From NCBI GenBank assembly GCA_041495285.1, contig JBGQCJ010000007.1, positions 534-64,533 of the forward strand: a DNA stretch of 64,000 nt, written 5' to 3'. Source of the DNA: Verrucomicrobiia bacterium (GTDB lineage Bacteria > Verrucomicrobiota > Verrucomicrobiia > Palsa-1439). Both the position numbers and the translations under genes were made by a program. This document shows, one piece after another, positions 63,788 to 64,000 of the stretch; within the stretch, counting starts at the first letter, position 1; each line of letters starts with the position of its first letter. The notes under the pieces are model-generated. The model saw only the letters and a program-made list of their open reading frames with translations. It did no database searches and was not told where the DNA came from.

Positions 63788-64000
63788 CTATGGGCAGTTC
63801 GGCGTCCCGGATGACAACCGGATGCGGTAGTACCGCGACGGTACGTTGGTCGCACCGCCGACATCCACCCAGTTGGTGGTGACGGCGCCGCTGCCGGACA
63901 CGAACAACGTGGCGAGACTAATGTAGTTGTTTGTGTAGTTGCCGCTGATGATCGGGTTCGCCAGTTGCACGACGTTGGTCGAACCGCCGACGGTCAGCCA
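63788..64000 (-). CDS. C-terminal end of a further CTD-family protein; the gene continues beyond the window
   Basis: The minus-strand frame is open to the window edge. The tail ...VTTNWVDVGGATNVPSRYYRIRLSSGTPNCP* carries the family signature (TN..DVGGATN.P.RYYRIRL). Confidence 0.7.
   Translation of the reverse strand, partial: WLTVGGSTNVVQLANPIISGNYTNNYISLATLFVSGSGAVTTNWVDVGGATNVPSRYYRIRLSSGTPNCP

Noticed and set aside
1-64000. CRISPR arrays, transposases, integrases, phage genes, toxin-antitoxin pairs
   Set aside because: I looked for direct-repeat/spacer periodicity, DDE or tyrosine-recombinase motifs and small paired ORFs. None was found. The only periodic DNA is the protein-coding FG-GAP repeat array.

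Overview
High-GC (~60%+) bacterial chromosomal segment, on gene content most consistent with Verrucomicrobia/Planctomycetes (PEP-CTERM protein, DUF1800/DUF1501 pair, autotransporter-associated-type beta-strand repeats, giant secreted proteins). It is built almost entirely of accessory secretome genes separated by short housekeeping stretches. The dominant signal is a paralogous family of at least nine secreted proteins (3200..11956, 12059..15493, 15496..18669, 39572..42796, 42807..45125, 45126..48203, 49546..51303, 56067..57380, 63788..>64000, plus a decayed remnant at 48222..48344) that have unrelated N-terminal enzymatic or structural domains but share one conserved C-terminal module: thrombospondin-type-3-like Asp-rich repeats followed by an ~85-aa beta-rich domain ending in ...STNYLDxGGATNSPxRYYRVRL(IP). 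The N-terminal domains are GH13, GH57-like, a right-handed beta-helix with PATR-like repeats, a 7-bladed FG-GAP-like propeller and an SGNH/GDSL hydrolase. This tail has no transmembrane helix or basic tail, so it is not PEP-CTERM or LPXTG-like, and it does not match the T9SS CTD consensus. I regard it as a candidate undescribed C-terminal sorting or attachment domain. Three giant alpha-glucan hydrolases are encoded in tandem on the minus strand (3200..18669); one is a 2918-aa chimera carrying both GH13 and GH57-like catalytic regions. An N-terminally partial intracellular GH13 enzyme lies upstream at 1..1764. Other features are a three-gene tandem array of beta-helix/PATR-repeat paralogs (39572..48203), an ExeA/GspA-GspB-like pair, a heterodimeric ABC exporter plus a BtpA-family protein sandwiched between CTD genes, a PEP-CTERM protein inserted between a duplicated clpX 3-prime end, two tRNAs (Ser-GGA, Arg-TCG), NAD-malic enzyme, S1/P1 nuclease, M29 aminopeptidase, ClC channel, Sua5/TsaC, PurU and two orphan CheY-like regulators. 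The window also shows traces of segmental duplication: a shared upstream block in front of two CTD genes, gene-tail remnants, and GC-rich palindromic elements. No CRISPR array, transposase or integrase was seen.
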